Numbered from the stretch's first letter, positions 9,229 to 20,430 are shown. The stretch is 64,000 nt of DNA from Candidatus Babeliales bacterium (GCA_041662445.1 JBAZSL010000007.1:7064-71063), one strand, 5' to 3'. The notes: a model not told the origin generated them from the sequence alone. Made by a program: numbers and translations.

Positions 9229-10665
9229 CTACCAATCGAACGCCGAGGAGCAGAAACGATGGAGTACTAATAACAAAGCGGCAACTGATGAAGAGATAAG
9301 CAACCACCACCCTAGATAGCCAAGACGCCGTCTCAACCGTGGGATAACACCCCATCGATAATAGGCATCAGTGACAATAATGAAAAGCGTCATACAACGC
9401 ATTACAACCAACCCTACCAAAAGAGCTATGGGAGATGAGAAAGCAGCGGAAGATATAAAGCCATAGAAGACAGCGCACTCTAATAGCTTAAAAAGACATA
9501 ACTTATCGGCAGCCTCTTCAATCACATAAAACTGCTCATACAAAACAAAGAAGAAATCGGCGAAAGAGATGACAAGATATAAGAACAAAACCGACAACGT
9601 ATACGTAGCGACCTCTTCCTTATTAGCCACTTGAAGAAGAGCTCTAAAATTAACCCCAAAAAAGATAAAAATGGGGAAGACAACAGTGACAAACTTCTGA
9701 CACAAAACATCGAACGCCTCTTTTTTTACCGATTGCCCAGCATTCTTTACTTCGGCCAGAAGCGCGTTTCCCGAATAACCAACAATAGCCTTAACAACTG
9801 CCTGTAAAGCACTAACGGTAACACTGGCAATATAAAATAACCCGGCCGCAGCAAGCCCAAACCTGACGGCGAAAAGAGGAGTAAGGAAATTACCGGTAAA
9901 AAAGTTTCTCCCTACCCGTAAAACGTAATTAAAAAGTCGAGTAGTGACTAACCGCTTAACCATTCCCGCGGGAAATACACCTACGCCATCCCTATCACGT
10001 GGCAACCGTTGATAATAACGATACGTAAAAACTATAAAAACAATGACCGCTACCAACGAATCAATAAGATGTGGAATGAAAATGAGATTAGGGGTCAATA
10101 CAAACGCTCCTGTTGTATAGAACGTAACAAGAAACGGTATCCATATGCCACCCAAATAGACCCCAATAAAGAGAAATAATTCGACGATAACAACGTAGCG
10201 TGCTTGAAACGTTACGTGGAGGAAAAAACGAAGGAAGCTTCTGATTGCTTCTAAGAATACCAGCACCCCGATAAGACCAAATGCAGGAACCATAGTAAAA
10301 CGACTTTGGACAATAAGCGATGTGACCACCGCACATATAATGACAAAAGGGATGTGCGGGATGAGCGCATAACGCACCATGAACGTGCGGAATGTTTTTT
10401 TGCTTTGCGTAAAAATATGCAGAAAAGGCGGGATTGAGTTAGTTGCCCCAAGATCAGCTACATACGATGCAAAGTAAAGCATGGCAAGAAGACTGCCTAT
10501 CGTACCAAAAAGAGCAGGTGACATTACTTGAAGCAGGAGAAAGCAGTGCGCGACTTTACACGTCTCATACACAATGCTACCGGCAAGTGCCCAATGTGCA
10601 TTTTTATGAAATTTGCGCTGCACTTCAGGCGCAATGGCTGAGACAATATTGGCATTGATGGACAT
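9229..10665 (-). CDS. polytopic membrane protein, possibly MOP/Wzx-type flippase
   Basis: 478 aa with about 12-14 hydrophobic helices throughout. The length and architecture resemble polysaccharide/lipid-linked oligosaccharide flippases. No diagnostic motif was recognised. Confidence 0.35.
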   Translation of the reverse strand: MSINANIVSAIAPEVQRKFHKNAHWALAGSIVYETCKVAHCFLLLQVMSPALFGTIGSLLAMLYFASYVADLGATNSIPPFLHIFTQSKKTFRTFMVRYALIPHIPFVIICAVVTSLIVQSRFTMVPAFGLIGVLVFLEAIRSFLRFFLHVTFQARYVVIVELFLFIGVYLGGIWIPFLVTFYTTGAFVLTPNLIFIPHLIDSLVAVIVFIVFTYRYYQRLPRDRDGVGVFPAGMVKRLVTTRLFNYVLRVGRNFFTGNFLTPLFAVRFGLAAAGLFYIASVTVSALQAVVKAIVGYSGNALLAEVKNAGQSVKKEAFDVLCQKFVTVVFPIFIFFGVNFRALLQVANKEEVATYTLSVLFLYLVISFADFFFVLYEQFYVIEEAADKLCLFKLLECAVFYGFISSAAFSSPIALLVGLVVMRCMTLFIIVTDAYYRWGVIPRLRRRLGYLGWWLLISSSVAALLLVLHRFCSSAFDW

Positions 10666-10926
10666 GAAGATCTCTCACAATTTCAAGTAGTACAAACAAG
10701 CATTAAAAGAACTAGTATGCGGTAACTACGGGCTTTTTGAAATCAAAAAAAGCAAATTGTTCAAGCTGACAACATTTTTGCCTATACTCACAATATCAAT
10801 ACCTGGATAAGGGTTGTGGGGGACAGGGGAAGCAGGCTTACAAGTTATCCTAAAATGCATAGCTTGTAAGCCATTTCCTTTTTTAAGATCAAAAAAGCCC
10901 AAGTCTATCCATATTTTAGAGCGCGC

Positions 10927-10955
10927 TTGAGACACCTGCCGGTTTTTTGTAGTAT
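10927..10955 (+). promoter_or_regulatory. candidate sigma70 promoter for the 11001..12074 gene
   Basis: TTGAGA (10927-10932), a 17-nt spacer, then TAGTAT (10950-10955), about 45 nt upstream of the ATG. Confidence 0.4.
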
Positions 10956-11000
10956 GGACTGTAGCAACGAATACGGTGGTTAATAGCAGTTGGGTGTTTG

Positions 11001-12074
11001 ATGAGAATCTCTATGCCACGTTTCGAGACAATTATTCTTAGTGTTGGGCTTGCGGGGACATCTTTTTTAGTGCCCTCATCAATCATTTTCGCTGCAGATA
11101 ACAACTCCCCGTGTTGCTGTTTATCTCCAGATGATATTCACCGTAGTACGAGCGAACTCAAAACTCATATACGGGTTCTGCACCCGCATATTTCATTTAT
11201 CGCTGCGCTTAATGGACCAGCAACGGTTGATGGTGCCATTTCATGGTTCGACAACCGCATCAACACCATGAGTAAAGAAGTTGAAACTATCAAAAACACC
11301 GCCGACACTCAAAAACTTCACACTTTAGTAGATCAAGTTTCCTGGCTTATAGCCACAAAGAATACGCTTATTGAGCACAAGGCGCAGCTTAATGCAGCAG
11401 TTACATCAACACTAACTCAGTTCCCGTTTGCTCAGGTAAGTAAGAAAATACACTCTGTTGCTTTGCAACGCGCACTAACACAATTAGGATCCCACCGTAG
11501 ATCAGACTTGTTGCTTCAGTGCTGGGAGGTGCTTGTTAATTTTGTCGAAAAAGGTGCACAGGATGAACGGTTCATTGCTCTATTCGCTGATGATATTGCA
11601 CGGCAAAAGGGGGGCACCATCCAGGAACGATCACAGCGTTGTGCCGTGGGGGCACTTAAGGATATATCAATTTTCGTCTACATCTTTTATATCTTTCTCG
11701 CACAAAAATGCGCCCATTCATTTTTCAACGAGCAGGAATTCGCGGCGCTCAGCGCGCAACTCTTACCAATAACTGATCATCACAAGTCTTTATTTAATAT
11801 ATTGTCCGATATTATTCAGATTATCGCCATCATAGAGAAACTTCCCATTGAACAAACACTTGATGCAATGAAACGATTCGTTAAAACATTTATTGCTCTT
11901 ATCAATAAAATTGAACAAACCTCTGAGGGTGGTTTTGTTACTTGGTTACGCAGTAGGTGGCTGCTTGTTCCACTCTCCGTAAGCATTATAGCCATTAAGG
12001 CTATTCACCACTTTGTTACTAAAGACTCAGTTGTTGGGGCGGGAAGTGTTTATAGCGGCGGGTATTTGTTTTAG
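11001..12074 (+). CDS. hypothetical secreted/membrane protein
   Basis: ATG at 11001 (the track starts at a TTG at 10998). Signal-peptide-like N-terminus (…VGLAGTSFLVPSSIIFAADN), helical body and a C-terminal TM segment. No family recognised. Confidence 0.5.
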   Translation: MRISMPRFETIILSVGLAGTSFLVPSSIIFAADNNSPCCCLSPDDIHRSTSELKTHIRVLHPHISFIAALNGPATVDGAISWFDNRINTMSKEVETIKNTADTQKLHTLVDQVSWLIATKNTLIEHKAQLNAAVTSTLTQFPFAQVSKKIHSVALQRALTQLGSHRRSDLLLQCWEVLVNFVEKGAQDERFIALFADDIARQKGGTIQERSQRCAVGALKDISIFVYIFYIFLAQKCAHSFFNEQEFAALSAQLLPITDHHKSLFNILSDIIQIIAIIEKLPIEQTLDAMKRFVKTFIALINKIEQTSEGGFVTWLRSRWLLVPLSVSIIAIKAIHHFVTKDSVVGAGSVYSGGYLF

Positions 12075-12116
12075 AACACAACTGGTAATCACTTACCCCC
12101 CGAGCGAAGGACGCGT

Positions 12117-12668
12117 ATGTTTAAACTCAAAGATCACGTGATCTATCCCGGGCATGGCGTTGCTCTAGTCGAAGCTATTATTAAAAAAGTTGTTGCTGGA
12201 ACAACAATTGACTTTCTCAAACTAACCTTCGTATTTAAGGATATGACTATTCTCGTGCCACTCTATAATGCACAGTCTATCGGCATTCGCTATCCATGCC
12301 GTGAGCGCGAAATTGAGGCTGTGATGAGTGAGCTTGCCAAAAGGCCAGAGCGGAAACTTGCCGGTGTTGATTTTACACCAAGCGGGTGGAATCGTCGTAA
12401 TCGTGATTATCAAGTAAAAATCTTGAGCGGAAACCTTTTAGAAATTGCTAGAATATATCGTGATCTGATGTATGTTGCACAACAAAAAGATTTATCATTT
12501 GGCGAACGCGCTGTATTACAGGCAACCGAGGATTTAATCCTACAAGAAATTCAAATCATACGTAACGAAAAACGCGAAGTCATTATGCAAGAACTGCGCA
12601 GCCCATTCAAACGATTTGAGTTTCATGACCGGTCTTTCCTTCAACAAGAAACATCATCAGCGATATAA
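12117..12668 (+). CDS. carD: CarD/CdnL-family RNA polymerase-binding transcription factor
   Basis: N-terminal MFKLKDHVIYPGHGVALVEAI… Tudor-like RNAP-interacting domain typical of the CarD_CdnL_TRCF family. 183 aa. Confidence 0.8.
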   Translation: MFKLKDHVIYPGHGVALVEAIIKKVVAGTTIDFLKLTFVFKDMTILVPLYNAQSIGIRYPCREREIEAVMSELAKRPERKLAGVDFTPSGWNRRNRDYQVKILSGNLLEIARIYRDLMYVAQQKDLSFGERAVLQATEDLILQEIQIIRNEKREVIMQELRSPFKRFEFHDRSFLQQETSSAI

Positions 12669-12674
12669 ATAATT

Positions 12675-13628
12675 ATGGCTTCGTCAGTTATCATTATCAT
12701 TGGTCCTACAGCTTCAGGGAAAACATTTCTCGCTGAGCATGCGGCTATTCATTATAACGGCCATATAATCAATGCCGATATGGGACAGTTCTATACACCA
12801 CTTACCATCGGTACCGCAAAACCAGCATGGCGCGATAAGCCATTTAAGTGCCACCTGTTTGATGTTATAGATACTCCAGAAACAATAGATGTGAAACGTT
12901 ATCGGCATATGGTACAGACAACAGTTAATGATTGCCTGGCACAACATACACTACCAATTATTGTCGGAGGCTCACTTTTCTACGTACAATCACTCTTCTT
13001 TCCACCACACGATATTGAATGTAACGGCGAAGAATTACCCATCGACTTTGAGACGGATACTGAGACGTTGTGGAATATGCTCAATGCCATCGATAGCGAA
13101 CGCGCTCAAGCATTACACCCCAATGACCGCTATCGCATTGTCCGCGCACTTAAAATTTGGCAAACAACACACCAAAAACCATCAACGCTTAAACCTTGCT
13201 ATAATGCGCCATTCACCACACCTACGCATATTATTGCGCTTGAGCCTTCACGCGAAGAATTATGCGAACGCATTCAACAACGAACAACCAATATGATCTA
13301 CCAAGAAGGTTGGCTCGAAGAAACTGAGACACTTCTGGACACACCATGGGAGCTTTTTGTACAACAACGCGGATTTATTGGTTACACCGAGATAATCTCA
13401 TGGATTCGCGCGGGGAAAAATCGCGATAGCCTACCAGAGCTTATTGCTTTAATCAGCCAAAAAACACAACAGTATGCAAAGCGACAAGTAACCTTCTGGC
13501 ATAAGCTTGAAAAACTACTGGTACCACACCGTGACACCACGTTGAACATTGACACACTTCCAACAACCGGCGAAACATCTCTTGCAATCTTGGACGATCT
13601 TTGTCAAAAGTTAAATATTTTCAAATAA
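12675..13628 (+). CDS. miaA: tRNA dimethylallyltransferase
   Basis: P-loop IIIIGPTASGKT near the N-terminus, GGSLFYVQSL motif, 317 aa. Confidence 0.9.
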   Translation: MASSVIIIIGPTASGKTFLAEHAAIHYNGHIINADMGQFYTPLTIGTAKPAWRDKPFKCHLFDVIDTPETIDVKRYRHMVQTTVNDCLAQHTLPIIVGGSLFYVQSLFFPPHDIECNGEELPIDFETDTETLWNMLNAIDSERAQALHPNDRYRIVRALKIWQTTHQKPSTLKPCYNAPFTTPTHIIALEPSREELCERIQQRTTNMIYQEGWLEETETLLDTPWELFVQQRGFIGYTEIISWIRAGKNRDSLPELIALISQKTQQYAKRQVTFWHKLEKLLVPHRDTTLNIDTLPTTGETSLAILDDLCQKLNIFK

Positions 13629-13693
13629 CAACTAAAATAATTTATTGCCAAGCAGAATGATAGCGCTTTGGCGATATTGCTTATTAATTAATA

Positions 13694-13754
13694 ACAAAAA
13701 AGCGTCCCCGTTGAGTTTGCCGTGTAAAACCATTATGCGATTCGAAAAAGTTCA
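13694..13754. repeat. partial/degenerate copy (D) of the intergenic element family
   Basis: ACAAAAAAGCGTCCCC…ATTCGAAAAAGTTCA parallels the right half of copy A (ACAAAAACCGCGTCC…TTTCGAAAGAGGTCTA). It lies 66 nt after the miaA stop. Confidence 0.35.
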
Positions 13755-13943
13755 GCCTGGGGCAAATTTATTTGTCATGCTTCATTTGCTCGATCTGGAG
13801 AGGCTTTCCAGCTACCGCTTCGGCAAACGAGAATTGTTGTTGGAAAAAAAGGGTGTTATAGAGTAAACTTCAATACCGTATGAGAAATCAAAAAAGAGCT
13901 TTTCTCAAGGGAAAAAGGAAGTCTTCCATCGAAAGGATCTAAC

Positions 13944-15905
13944 GTGATTTATATTTTTCGCAAAGAGATGAAAAAATGGCATACCGTTTTGTGGGTTGTG
14001 TTTGTTGCTCTTGGTGTTAGTACCGGTTCATTTTTCTTTTTTCGTTCGCGAAATCCTTCAGAAATGGCCATTGCAACCGTCAATGGGAGAGCTGTTTACT
14101 TTGATGCATACAAGCATCAACTCGCCGATGTGCATGCACGCATCGAATATTTACGACCACTTGCTCGCATGTACGGAATGTCAGAAGAAGCATTTTTAAG
14201 CACGTTTCTTGGGGCTGTCAAACCAGAAGAACTTGCACTTGATATGTGCGTTAGAGACGCCTTAATCGACTATATCAGAGAGCCTCTTAATCTTGAGCTA
14301 GATGATACATGGTTCAAAGACGAATTGGTCAAGACGGTGCCTTATCTTGCCGATGGACAAGGTCGCATCAATATGGAAGCTTATCATAACTACTTGCAAC
14401 GTCTTTCAACCTCTCCTTCACAGTATGAAAAATTCAAACGCGAAGCTTTCAAGAGAGATGTCGCGCAACATCTTGTGCAGGGGTCGCTCTATATTCCACG
14501 TTTTGAGGCACAAGAAATTTTTGATACGACACGTTCCGCAAAAAGTTTTGCTCTTGTTGAATTTCCTATGAGTTATTTCATAGATCAGGCAAAAAAGACG
14601 GGCGCAACTGATGCGGCGTTGGAGAAATTTTATCTAACCAATAAATCTTGGTACGAGGTTGGTGAAAAACGTAGTGCAAAGTACTGGCTGCTCTCACCAT
14701 CAACCTATGCACAGACTGTTGAGGTTGATGAACAATCAGTGCGTAACTTTTATGAAAAAAACAAAAGCAAACTCTATCGCATCCCTCCCAAGATTAAAGT
14801 TCGCCACATTTTGATCACCTCAACGCAGGACAAAGCAGAGTCCATCCAGAAACAGGCCGTACAACAGCCAGGCTCGTTTGCCAATCTTGCCAAACAGCAT
14901 TCACAGGACAGCAAGACAGCTGCAGCCGGCGGATTGACCGAAATGTTTGGACATGGAACATATGATCCTGATTTTGAACGCGCTGCTTTCCGTTTACATA
15001 CCGAGGGAGAAATTTCACCGGTTGTTAAAACTAAACGTGGTTATGAAGTGATTCAGTTGGCACAGCGCATTCAAGCAACTGAAAAACCATTTGATTCGGT
15101 AAAAAATGATATCGCCCAACAATTACGCGCTAAACGGTCACTTGCTGTCTTGCGTGGCGATTTAGAACAGTTGGTTCATGCTGCGCGTGAAGATGGTCAG
15201 GCAATTTCTCGTTTTGTAACCCAGCATCAGTTGCAAACCAAAGAATCAGGATGGTTGCTTGAAACAGAGACACGAAAAGATGACACGCTCGGCAAACTTG
15301 CTCAACAACTCTTTTCACCTACTAAACGGCTTCGTACTATCGGATATTTTACGCACGATGATAATTTTGTGCTCTACCAACCTCAAGGCGTTGAAAAAAG
15401 CTATACGCCATCCCTCGCTCAGATCAAGGAGACAGTTCTACAAGATTACCTTGCTGAACAGGCAGACAACCTTGCTCACAATACCCTTAAGAGTATGCGC
15501 GCTCGAATCTTGACCAAAAAGGCAACGCTTGAGGACGTCGCTCGTGAATGCGGCGGTTCGCTTAAGATAACTAAGCAAACTGACCCAGCCCAACCGGTTG
15601 TCGAACTTGGTAAAGATGGGGCTGCTCTGAGCAGTAAACTGTTTGCCATTACCGATCCATCCCAGGTTCTTGAGCTGGCGACAAAGACCGGATTCTACCT
15701 TGCCCAACTCCGCCAAGCCACCCCTCTTGAAGGGGTATCTTTCGCCTCAGAAGCCTCAAAAATTATTAAACAAGAGAAATATAAAGAAAATATGCTCTGT
15801 CTTACTGCATTTATTGCTTCGTTATATAGAAATGCTAAAATAGAAACTGATCGTGAAATTATGAAAATGCGACACGTTGATGTCGATACTACACCGGAAG
15901 ATTAA
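13944..15905 (+). CDS. periplasmic chaperone / parvulin-type peptidyl-prolyl isomerase (PpiD/SurA-like)
   Basis: N-terminal TM anchor. Parvulin domain (IKVRHILI…[21 protein letters not shown]…GYEVIQL). GTG start at 13944; an alternative ATG is at 13968. Confidence 0.75.
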   Translation: MIYIFRKEMKKWHTVLWVVFVALGVSTGSFFFFRSRNPSEMAIATVNGRAVYFDAYKHQLADVHARIEYLRPLARMYGMSEEAFLSTFLGAVKPEELALDMCVRDALIDYIREPLNLELDDTWFKDELVKTVPYLADGQGRINMEAYHNYLQRLSTSPSQYEKFKREAFKRDVAQHLVQGSLYIPRFEAQEIFDTTRSAKSFALVEFPMSYFIDQAKKTGATDAALEKFYLTNKSWYEVGEKRSAKYWLLSPSTYAQTVEVDEQSVRNFYEKNKSKLYRIPPKIKVRHILITSTQDKAESIQKQAVQQPGSFANLAKQHSQDSKTAAAGGLTEMFGHGTYDPDFERAAFRLHTEGEISPVVKTKRGYEVIQLAQRIQATEKPFDSVKNDIAQQLRAKRSLAVLRGDLEQLVHAAREDGQAISRFVTQHQLQTKESGWLLETETRKDDTLGKLAQQLFSPTKRLRTIGYFTHDDNFVLYQPQGVEKSYTPSLAQIKETVLQDYLAEQADNLAHNTLKSMRARILTKKATLEDVARECGGSLKITKQTDPAQPVVELGKDGAALSSKLFAITDPSQVLELATKTGFYLAQLRQATPLEGVSFASEASKIIKQEKYKENMLCLTAFIASLYRNAKIETDREIMKMRHVDVDTTPED

Positions 15906-15910
15906 TACAC

Positions 15911-16948
15911 ATGGAAGAGTTCACGTTTAAGACGTCAGCTGAACGAAACAAAGCCCTCGAGGTAGCGCTTGCCCAAATTGATAAGCAGTTTGGCAAGGGT
16001 TCGGTTATGCTCTTGGGACAAAAAAGTGATTGTAAATACGATACCATCTCAACGGGATCAATTTTAGTTGATCAGGCCCTTGGAATTGGTGGCTTTCCTC
16101 GTGGCAGAATAGTTGAGGTCTATGGACCTGAAGCTTCGGGAAAAACTACGGTTACCTTGCACGCCGTTGCCCAGGCTCAAAAAGCCGGGGGCGTATGCGC
16201 CTTTATCGATGCTGAACATGCGCTTGATCCAACATACGCTGCGGGCATCGGTATTAATATTAATGATTTGATTATTTCACAGCCGGATTATGGTGAACAG
16301 GCTTTGGATATCGCGGAGATGCTCGTCCGCTCCGGCGCTGTTGATTTGATTATTATCGACTCGGTGGCTGCGCTTGTTCCTAAAGCAGAACTCGAAGGTG
16401 ATATGGGAGATGTTCACGTTGGTCTTCAGGCCCGCTTGATGTCTCAGGCCCTTCGCAAGTTGACACCGGTTGTGCATAAATCAAAGACGGTTTTGATTTT
16501 TATCAACCAGATTCGTAGCAAAATTAACTCGATGCCTTTCGGCGACCACGAAACAACAACAGGCGGCAATGCCCTTAAGTTTTATGCGTCGATACGTCTT
16601 GAGATCCGTCGAGTTGCCACACTTAAGAAAAACGATAGAGCGATTGGCAATCGTGTTGTCATTAAGGTAGCAAAAAATAAAGTAGCACCGCCTTTCAGAC
16701 GGGTTGAGGTTGATCTTCTTTTTGGCGAAGGCATTAGTAAGGAGCTTGATCTTCTTGATGCTGCAGTTGCCAATGGTGTTGTTCAGCAGACCGGAGCATG
16801 GTTTGTGTACGGCGAAGAGAAGCTTGCCCAGGGGCGTGATAATTGCTTGAAAAAGCTAAAAGAAGAGAGTGGTCTTTTTGATAAACTGTATGCGGCTGTT
16901 CGTACAGCAATGGCGCAGCCAATAAAACAGGGATTAGAGGGTGAATAA
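15911..16948 (+). CDS. recA: recombinase RecA
   Basis: [16 protein letters not shown] Walker [12 protein letters not shown] and FINQIR motifs. 345 aa. Confidence 0.97.
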   Translation: MEEFTFKTSAERNKALEVALAQIDKQFGKGSVMLLGQKSDCKYDTISTGSILVDQALGIGGFPRGRIVEVYGPEASGKTTVTLHAVAQAQKAGGVCAFIDAEHALDPTYAAGIGININDLIISQPDYGEQALDIAEMLVRSGAVDLIIIDSVAALVPKAELEGDMGDVHVGLQARLMSQALRKLTPVVHKSKTVLIFINQIRSKINSMPFGDHETTTGGNALKFYASIRLEIRRVATLKKNDRAIGNRVVIKVAKNKVAPPFRRVEVDLLFGEGISKELDLLDAAVANGVVQQTGAWFVYGEEKLAQGRDNCLKKLKEESGLFDKLYAAVRTAMAQPIKQGLEGE

Positions 16949-17498
16949 GAATTTGAAAGAAAAGAGTACTCCAGAAGCATTGAAATATTCTGTTAATGAA
17001 CGCATTCGAGCTGAGCGTGTCATGGTCATTGATCATGAAGGGCAGAGCCTTGGCGTAATACCAAAGTTCCAAGCGATGATGCGAGCCACCGAAGTTGGCT
17101 TGGATCTTGTTCAAGTTGGCGAAAAGGATGGCGTTCCTGTTGCCAAGCTGATGGACTTTGGTAAATTTTTGTACACCAAGAAAAAACAGCTTGCCGATGC
17201 AAAAAAGCATCAAAAAGTTATTGTCGTTAAAGAAATTAAAATGCGCCCACATATCGGTGAGCAAGATTATAAGACCAAAATTAATCAAGCCGAACAGTTC
17301 TTTAAGGATGGTAATAAAGTGAAATTTACGCTTCAGTTTCGCGGACGTGAAATGGCGACGGCTGAAGACACTGGACAGAAATTTTTTGTACGCGTTATCA
17401 ACGATTTGACCGCACGTAATGTTGGTGCCTTGGCTGAAGAAAAAGATGCTCGAGGTGGTGTGCTGTGGTCAAAGATATTTTATATTAAGGGAAAATAA
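16941..17498 (+). CDS. infC: translation initiation factor IF-3
   Basis: …[22 protein letters not shown]… and a C-terminal IF3 domain. The GTG at 16941 overlaps the recA stop. The true (possibly atypical) start codon is uncertain. Confidence 0.85.
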   Translation: MNKNLKEKSTPEALKYSVNERIRAERVMVIDHEGQSLGVIPKFQAMMRATEVGLDLVQVGEKDGVPVAKLMDFGKFLYTKKKQLADAKKHQKVIVVKEIKMRPHIGEQDYKTKINQAEQFFKDGNKVKFTLQFRGREMATAEDTGQKFFVRVINDLTARNVGALAEEKDARGGVLWSKIFYIKGK

Positions 17499-17500
17499 CA

Positions 17501-17695
17501 ATGCCTAAAGTTAAGACACATTCCGCTTGTAAAAAACGCTTTAAAAAGACAGCCTCAGGGTGCATCAAACGTTCGTCAGCATTCAGGCGGCATCATGCAT
17601 GGGCCAAGTCCCATAGAGTAATGCGCGACTTGCGTAAGGGTCGGTATATTGATACAACGCAAGTTGACAAAATAGCAACGTTGATGCCTTATTAA
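17501..17695 (+). CDS. rpmI: 50S ribosomal protein L35
   Basis: 64 aa and basic (MPKVKTHSACKKRFKKTASG…). It sits in the canonical infC-rpmI-rplT order. Confidence 0.9.
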   Translation: MPKVKTHSACKKRFKKTASGCIKRSSAFRRHHAWAKSHRVMRDLRKGRYIDTTQVDKIATLMPY

Positions 17696-17723
17696 TCTGC
17701 TTAATCTGTGTTAAGGAATTATA

Positions 17724-18080
17724 ATGAGTAGAATAAAACGCGGTGTTATATCCAGAAGACGTCATAAACGTCTCTTAAAACAAACCAAAGGTTTTTGGGG
17801 ACAACGTAGCAACGTATTCAAACGCGCCAATGAAACATTGATGCGCGCGATGCGTTTTGCATATATTGGTCGTCGCCAAAAGAAACGTGATTTCCGTGGT
17901 CTTTTTGTTATGCGTATTAATGCTGCATGTAGGCTGAGTAACATTAATTATTCCGGTTTTATCCATGGTCTTAAACAGGCTAAGGTTGAATTGAACCGCA
18001 AGATGTTGAGCCAACTTGCTATTGTTGATCCTGCAGCTTTTGCCCAATTAGCAAAGATTGCTATTTCAGCACAGAAATAA
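17724..18080 (+). CDS. rplT: 50S ribosomal protein L20
   Basis: MSRIKRGVISRRRHKRLLKQTKGFWG… is the canonical L20 N-terminus. 118 aa. Confidence 0.95.
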   Translation: MSRIKRGVISRRRHKRLLKQTKGFWGQRSNVFKRANETLMRAMRFAYIGRRQKKRDFRGLFVMRINAACRLSNINYSGFIHGLKQAKVELNRKMLSQLAIVDPAAFAQLAKIAISAQK

Positions 18081-18166
18081 AATTCTTGATTTTTGATATA
18101 GCCAGCCGCTAGCCTTAAAGGGAACGCGGTAATAGATTTGGTTATAAAGGAAAAAAGGAAAGAGAA

Positions 18167-18415
18167 ATGAGGTATTTGGAAGAGCTTGAACAAAAAGTTC
18201 TTCGCCTGATTCAAAGAAATCAGGAGCTGCAAACACGACTTGATGCATTGAGCAATGAGATCGAGCAGCTGCGTGAAAGAAACAGACAGTTTGAAAGTTC
18301 CTTGGATAAGGAGGCTCAAACGTCGCAGTCGCTCGAGCAAGAAAAAGCAGCGATTGTAAATAGTATCGAGGCACTCTTGAAGAGTATTAATACCCTTGAA
18401 AGTAATGCTGGCTGA
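18167..18415 (+). CDS. coiled-coil cell-division protein, ZapB-like
   Basis: 82 aa of pure heptad coiled coil (LEELEQKVLRLIQRNQELQTRLDALSNEIEQLRE…). It lies immediately upstream of zapA. Confidence 0.5.
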   Translation: MRYLEELEQKVLRLIQRNQELQTRLDALSNEIEQLRERNRQFESSLDKEAQTSQSLEQEKAAIVNSIEALLKSINTLESNAG

Positions 18416-18422
18416 TAATACT

Positions 18423-18689
18423 ATGCAAAAGCACATACGGATAACTATAAACGGAAAGCAATATTCCATTGCTACCGATGAAGATGAAACGGATGTACAA
18501 AATGCCGCCCAACTTTTGGATGGGCTTCTTCGCGATAAAACGGAGAAGTTACCGCCAGGAGACGAACAAAAGGCCATGTTTGCCATTGCCTTGCAACTCG
18601 CAACTGAGCTTGTTCGTAATAGGCGAAAACTCCAGATTTATGACGAGCGTGTTGAACGCCTCATAACGGTTATCGACACTCCGGCATAG
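18423..18689 (+). CDS. zapA: cell division protein ZapA
   Basis: MQKHIRITINGKQYSIATDEDETDVQNAAQLLD… fits the ZapA N-terminal domain, followed by a C-terminal helix. The ATG at 18423 lies just after the upstream stop (the track start at 18396 overlaps it). Confidence 0.7.
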   Translation: MQKHIRITINGKQYSIATDEDETDVQNAAQLLDGLLRDKTEKLPPGDEQKAMFAIALQLATELVRNRRKLQIYDERVERLITVIDTPA

Positions 18690-18850
18690 TATGCACGATC
18701 GACTTTTTACAATCTTTCGCATCGGACGTGGCTGAGGCTTCATACCTCGCTTATCTTTTCTCGTTTTCCACTTACATTTTTGCTTAGATACCGATCGCGG
18801 CGCGTCGCAGCGTCGATGATCGTTTTTATTGTGGAGCGTTAAACGAAAGA

Positions 18851-20410
18851 ATGATAATGACGATGCTAATATTAAGTGCGTTGGTCGGGGTGCTTGCAGG
18901 CATTTTGACAACACTTTTCTTTTTTTATAATCGTAAACGACAACTTTTTAATGCCAAAACCGAGGCTTTACAACAATTGCGCTCAGCGCGTGATGAGATA
19001 GATCGCGAGCGTCGCGACGCCATGAATGAACTCAAAAATGAAGTGGGCCGGAAACGCAATGATCTTGATCTTGAAATTAAGCGGGCAAAAATAGAACTCC
19101 AGCAGCTTCAGAACAAGGCCCAAAAGAAGCAGGATATGCTCGATCAACGAGAAGTCTTGCTCGATGAGTTGCGCAAAGACCTTCAACAAAAAGATCGTGA
19201 GCTTGCAAAACGGCTCGATCTTCTCAACACCGATGAAATCAGGCTCAAAAAGATTTATGAAGAGTTTGTTGCCAAGCTCGAGCGCTTGAGCAATATGAAG
19301 CAGGATGAAGCAAAGCGAATCTTGCTTGAATCCCTTGAAAAAGAAGTTAAACTCGCCAACCAAAAATTACTCTCAAAAATTGAAGAAGAAGCACGCGAAA
19401 CCGCCAAGGATAAGGCAGTCGAAATTGTGTGCACCGCTATGCAACGTCATCTGTCCGATACCGTAACGTTACATTCTTCAAGCATTGTGCATCTTCCCAA
19501 TGAAGAAATGAAGGGAAGAATCATAGGAAAAGAGGGGCGTAATATTAAAGCTCTTGAAATGGCGACGGGAATGGAATTTGTCATCGGAGATACCCCTGAA
19601 GTTATTACGATATCCGGCTTTAATCCCATTCGACGTGAAGTTGCTAAGCGCGCATTGGCTAAATTGATTCAGGACGGCCGCATTAATCCAACGCGTATCG
19701 AAGAAACGGTTGCCAAGTGCGAAGAAGAGCTTGATCAAAGTATTCTTGAAATAGGCCAACAAACGGTCTTGGAATTTGGTTTTCGTGGTATGCACCCAGA
19801 TTTGGTGAAGTTACTCGGCAAGTTGCATTTTAGAGCAAGCTATACCCAAAACAATCTGGTACACAGCAAGGAAGTCGCCTATTTTTCTCGTATGATTGCG
19901 CAGGAACTTGGCTTTAATGGTGAATTGGCCGCACGTTGTGGATTGTTACATGATATTGGTAAGGCAATATCGGCCGAAGTTGAGGGGCCACACGCCCTTG
20001 TCGGCGCCGATTTTGCACGTGAACATGGCGAAGATCCTGTTGTCGTTAATTCCATCGCAAGCCATCACGAAGAAGTTCCACCGGCAAGCATTTATGGCAT
20101 TATTGTACATATAGCCGATGCTCTTTCAGCCTCGCGTCCAGGCGCACGCAAAGAAACGCTCTCAACCTACATCAAGCGACTTGAGCAGCTCGAAGAAATA
20201 GCAAATAGCTTTGATGGGGTAAAAAAGGCGTACGCTCTGCAGGCCGGCCGTGAAATTCGCGTTATTGTTGACGAAGACCGCCTTGATGATCAAAAGGCTG
20301 AAATGCTTGCGTCTGATCTTGCCAAACGCGTTGAAGAAGAAATGGCATTTCCCGGAGAAATTAAAGTTAATGTTATTCGCGAAAAACGCTTTATTCAAGC
20401 GGCGCGCTAG
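18851..20410 (+). CDS. rny: ribonuclease Y
   Basis: N-terminal TM, coiled coil, KH domain (GRIIGKEGRNIKALE) and HD domain (LLHDIGKA…HH). 519 aa. Confidence 0.93.
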   Translation: MIMTMLILSALVGVLAGILTTLFFFYNRKRQLFNAKTEALQQLRSARDEIDRERRDAMNELKNEVGRKRNDLDLEIKRAKIELQQLQNKAQKKQDMLDQREVLLDELRKDLQQKDRELAKRLDLLNTDEIRLKKIYEEFVAKLERLSNMKQDEAKRILLESLEKEVKLANQKLLSKIEEEARETAKDKAVEIVCTAMQRHLSDTVTLHSSSIVHLPNEEMKGRIIGKEGRNIKALEMATGMEFVIGDTPEVITISGFNPIRREVAKRALAKLIQDGRINPTRIEETVAKCEEELDQSILEIGQQTVLEFGFRGMHPDLVKLLGKLHFRASYTQNNLVHSKEVAYFSRMIAQELGFNGELAARCGLLHDIGKAISAEVEGPHALVGADFAREHGEDPVVVNSIASHHEEVPPASIYGIIVHIADALSASRPGARKETLSTYIKRLEQLEEIANSFDGVKKAYALQAGREIRVIVDEDRLDDQKAEMLASDLAKRVEEEMAFPGEIKVNVIREKRFIQAAR

Positions 20411-20430
20411 CAGATGTGGATGGATGCACG

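Noticed and set aside
9035-9355. 106-aa minus-strand ORF across the GC island upstream of dnaK.
   Set aside because: It overlaps the 3' end of the 478-aa membrane protein gene and the dnaK promoter. Its composition is driven by the C5/G5 tracts. The region is better explained as regulatory or structural DNA.
13645-13866. 73-aa ORF in the miaA/ppiD-like spacer.
   Set aside because: It has no RBS, an atypical start, and spans the degenerate repeat copy D. It is probably non-coding.
16734-17288. 184-aa minus-strand ORF.
   Set aside because: It lies fully antisense to recA/infC, whose identities are unambiguous. The sequence is low-complexity with no start context.
17948-18586. 212-aa minus-strand ORF.
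   Set aside because: It lies antisense to rplT, the zapB-like gene and zapA. It is an artefact of coiled-coil codon bias.
18690-18850. A possible 6S RNA (ssrS follows zapA in E. coli) or an intrinsic terminator in the zapA-rny spacer.
   Set aside because: I could not fold a long irregular 6S-like hairpin by eye. The CGATCG…CGATGATCG plus T5 element gives only a ~5-bp stem with a 19-nt loop. A covariance-model scan (Rfam 6S) would be needed.
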